DNA from: an uncultured bacterium
GTDB taxonomy: Bacteria; DUMJ01
Direction: 5' to 3'
Length of the DNA stretch: 64,000 nt
NCBI GenBank assembly: GCA_937958695.1
Contig: CALGNK010000010.1
Coordinates: forward strand, 1,264 to 65,263
Shown here: positions 62,953 to 64,000 of the stretch, in pieces
Layout of the letters: every line of letters starts with the position of its first letter
How positions within the stretch are numbered: position 1 is the first letter of the stretch
The notes under the pieces: model-generated
The model's input: the letters and a program-made list of their open reading frames with translations, nothing else
Database searches by the model: none
What the model was told of the DNA's origin: nothing
Translations under genes and position numbers: made by a program

Positions 62953-63503
62953 TCTTTCCTCTCAAGATGTCCTTTAAATAATTCTGGTATCTCCCTCCCT
63001 ATACCTATAAGGTGCAGCTCAGTAAATGAGGTCTTATTGTTTCTTATAAAGTCTAGTATAGTTTCTATTATAACACCTGTGCCAAGTTCTGGAGGATAGC
63101 CAAATATTCCACAGCTTACAGCTGGTATACTTATACTTCTTATACCTTTTTCAGTTGCTAATTCTAAAACACTTATAATAGCAGATCTAAGTTTTCTCTC
63201 TTCGTCACCCTCTCCCCATCTGGGTCCAACTGTGTGTATAACATATTTAGCTTTTAATGAGCCTGCAGAGGTTATCGTGGCTTTACCTACAGGAAGAGGA
63301 CCACAAGTTTTTATATATTCATCGCTTTCTTCCTGAATGATTCTTCCTCCCTTTCTTACAATAGCACCCGCTACTCCTCCTCCATGTTGTAGATAACTAT
63401 TTGCAGGATTTACAATACACTCGGTATCTTCTTCTGTTATATCCCCTTCGATGACTTTAATATTTATGCCATTTATTTCCCTTTCAAAGATTACTCTACT
63501 CAT
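62949..63503 (-). CDS. macro domain protein (ADP-ribose binding / O-acetyl-ADP-ribose deacetylase-like)
   Basis: Motifs [34 protein letters not shown] and [13 protein letters not shown]. Confidence 0.88.
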   Translation of the reverse strand: MSRVIFEREINGINIKVIEGDITEEDTECIVNPANSYLQHGGGVAGAIVRKGGRIIQEESDEYIKTCGPLPVGKATITSAGSLKAKYVIHTVGPRWGEGDEERKLRSAIISVLELATEKGIRSISIPAVSCGIFGYPPELGTGVIIETILDFIRNNKTSFTELHLIGIGREIPELFKGHLERKE

Positions 63504-63514
63504 CTTCTCCTCCC

Positions 63515-64000
63515 CTAGAAGAATAGAGATAGTCTCCTTAATGCACTAAGTTCTTCTTTTTGCCCTAGCTTAGCCCTCTTTATAGCCTTTTCTAATATTT
63601 CAATAGATGTATCGTAAAGTCTTCTATCAACAGGATAGGGATGTCCATCCTTGCCACCATGGGCAAAACTGAACCTTGCCGGATCTTTAAAGCTTGGCAT
63701 TTGTCCATATACAAGCTCACTTATGAGAGATAGAGCCCTCAACGTCTTTGCTCCTACCCCTTGATATAGTATTAGACTTTGAAAGTCTTGAGGCGGATTC
63801 TGATATGTCTCTAGAAGGATACTCTTTAGATTCTGAGGCTTTATCTCGTTAGCACTTACTGGATGATGTTCTGGTAGATGAAGGATTACCTTCTCCCAAT
63901 CTTTTACAACCTTATCTGGGGGCTCTTTGCTAAGCTCAGTTATGACCTGCCTTGCCCCTTCGCTCTCTTTAGCTACAAGGTTTAATACTAGACTTTCAAA
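63515..64000 (-). CDS. C-terminal part of a DUF763-like protein (partial; N-terminus outside window)
   Basis: The ORF track lists only 63515..63742 from an internal TTG. I translated further upstream and the frame stays open to position 64000 (..[68 protein letters not shown]..). It has an HhH-like [10 protein letters not shown]. The DUF763 name is from memory of the [13 protein letters not shown] motif and is unverified. Confidence 0.5.
   Translation of the reverse strand, partial: FESLVLNLVAKESEGARQVITELSKEPPDKVVKDWEKVILHLPEHHPVSANEIKPQNLKSILLETYQNPPQDFQSLILYQGVGAKTLRALSLISELVYGQMPSFKDPARFSFAHGGKDGHPYPVDRRLYDTSIEILEKAIKRAKLGQKEELSALRRLSLFF

Noticed and set aside
1-64000. Searched for CRISPR repeats, IS elements, integrases, restriction-modification or other classic defence-island genes
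   Set aside because: No direct-repeat arrays, transposase or integrase motifs (DDE, tyrosine recombinase R..H..R..Y contexts) or defence-type ATPase/nuclease ORFs were seen. The unusual content here is envelope and signalling systems, not mobile or defence elements.

Overview
This is a low-GC (about mid-30s % by eye), gene-dense chromosomal window with about 72 protein genes. I recognised no rRNA, tRNA, CRISPR array, transposase or integrase. The proteins are rich in E/K/I/Y and many are ferredoxin-dependent. SBPs carry signal-peptidase-I type signals, an HlyD adaptor is present, and there are flagellar genes. Together these suggest a flagellated, probably thermophilic, diderm-like anaerobe (Dictyoglomus- or Thermotogae-like in character, not provable from sequence alone).

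Layout:
(1) 1-4.0 kb: an alpha/beta hydrolase, then a MerR(AdhR/NmlR-like)-controlled DUF362/aldo-keto-reductase Fe-S operon with a textbook 19-bp-spacer MerR promoter.
(2) 4.1-23.1 kb: an oligosaccharide utilisation locus. It holds GH2, one Opp/Dpp-type ABC translocator with three family-5 SBPs, two Gfo/Idh/MocA oxidoreductases, a KdgK-like kinase, an unknown 603-aa cytoplasmic protein and a xylose-isomerase-like TIM-barrel protein.
(3) 23.1-32.6 kb: the most unusual region. It is a nine-gene, translationally coupled operon encoding an unknown cytoplasmic protein, an NHL-propeller/TPR/Yip1 fusion, a DUF5696-like secreted protein, a second Yip1 membrane protein, an HlyD adaptor, a degenerate MacB/FtsX-type permease and two CUT1 sugar permeases. 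It has no ATPase and no SBP.
(4) 32.6-50.5 kb: housekeeping genes. These are speH-speB, nusB, acyP, tlyA, nadK, recN, a 3-subunit 2-oxoacid:ferredoxin oxidoreductase, secE-nusG-rplKAJL joined directly to rpsF-ssb-rpsR-rplI-dnaB, then pncA-like, a methyltransferase, ispH, der, plsY and trmH-like.
(5) 50.6-54.2 kb: thioesterase, URO-D-like, DUF1638 and MFS cluster.
(6) 54.2-64 kb: a c-di-GMP/motility neighbourhood. It contains a hemerythrin pseudogene remnant, a tandem HD/HD-GYP protein plus intact hemerythrin, a sigma28-driven flaG-fliD-fliS-fliT-like operon, a PflX-like radical SAM gene, and a coupled DUF763-macro-mgsA-diguanylate cyclase operon.

All family names are from motif recognition by eye. 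No database search was run.
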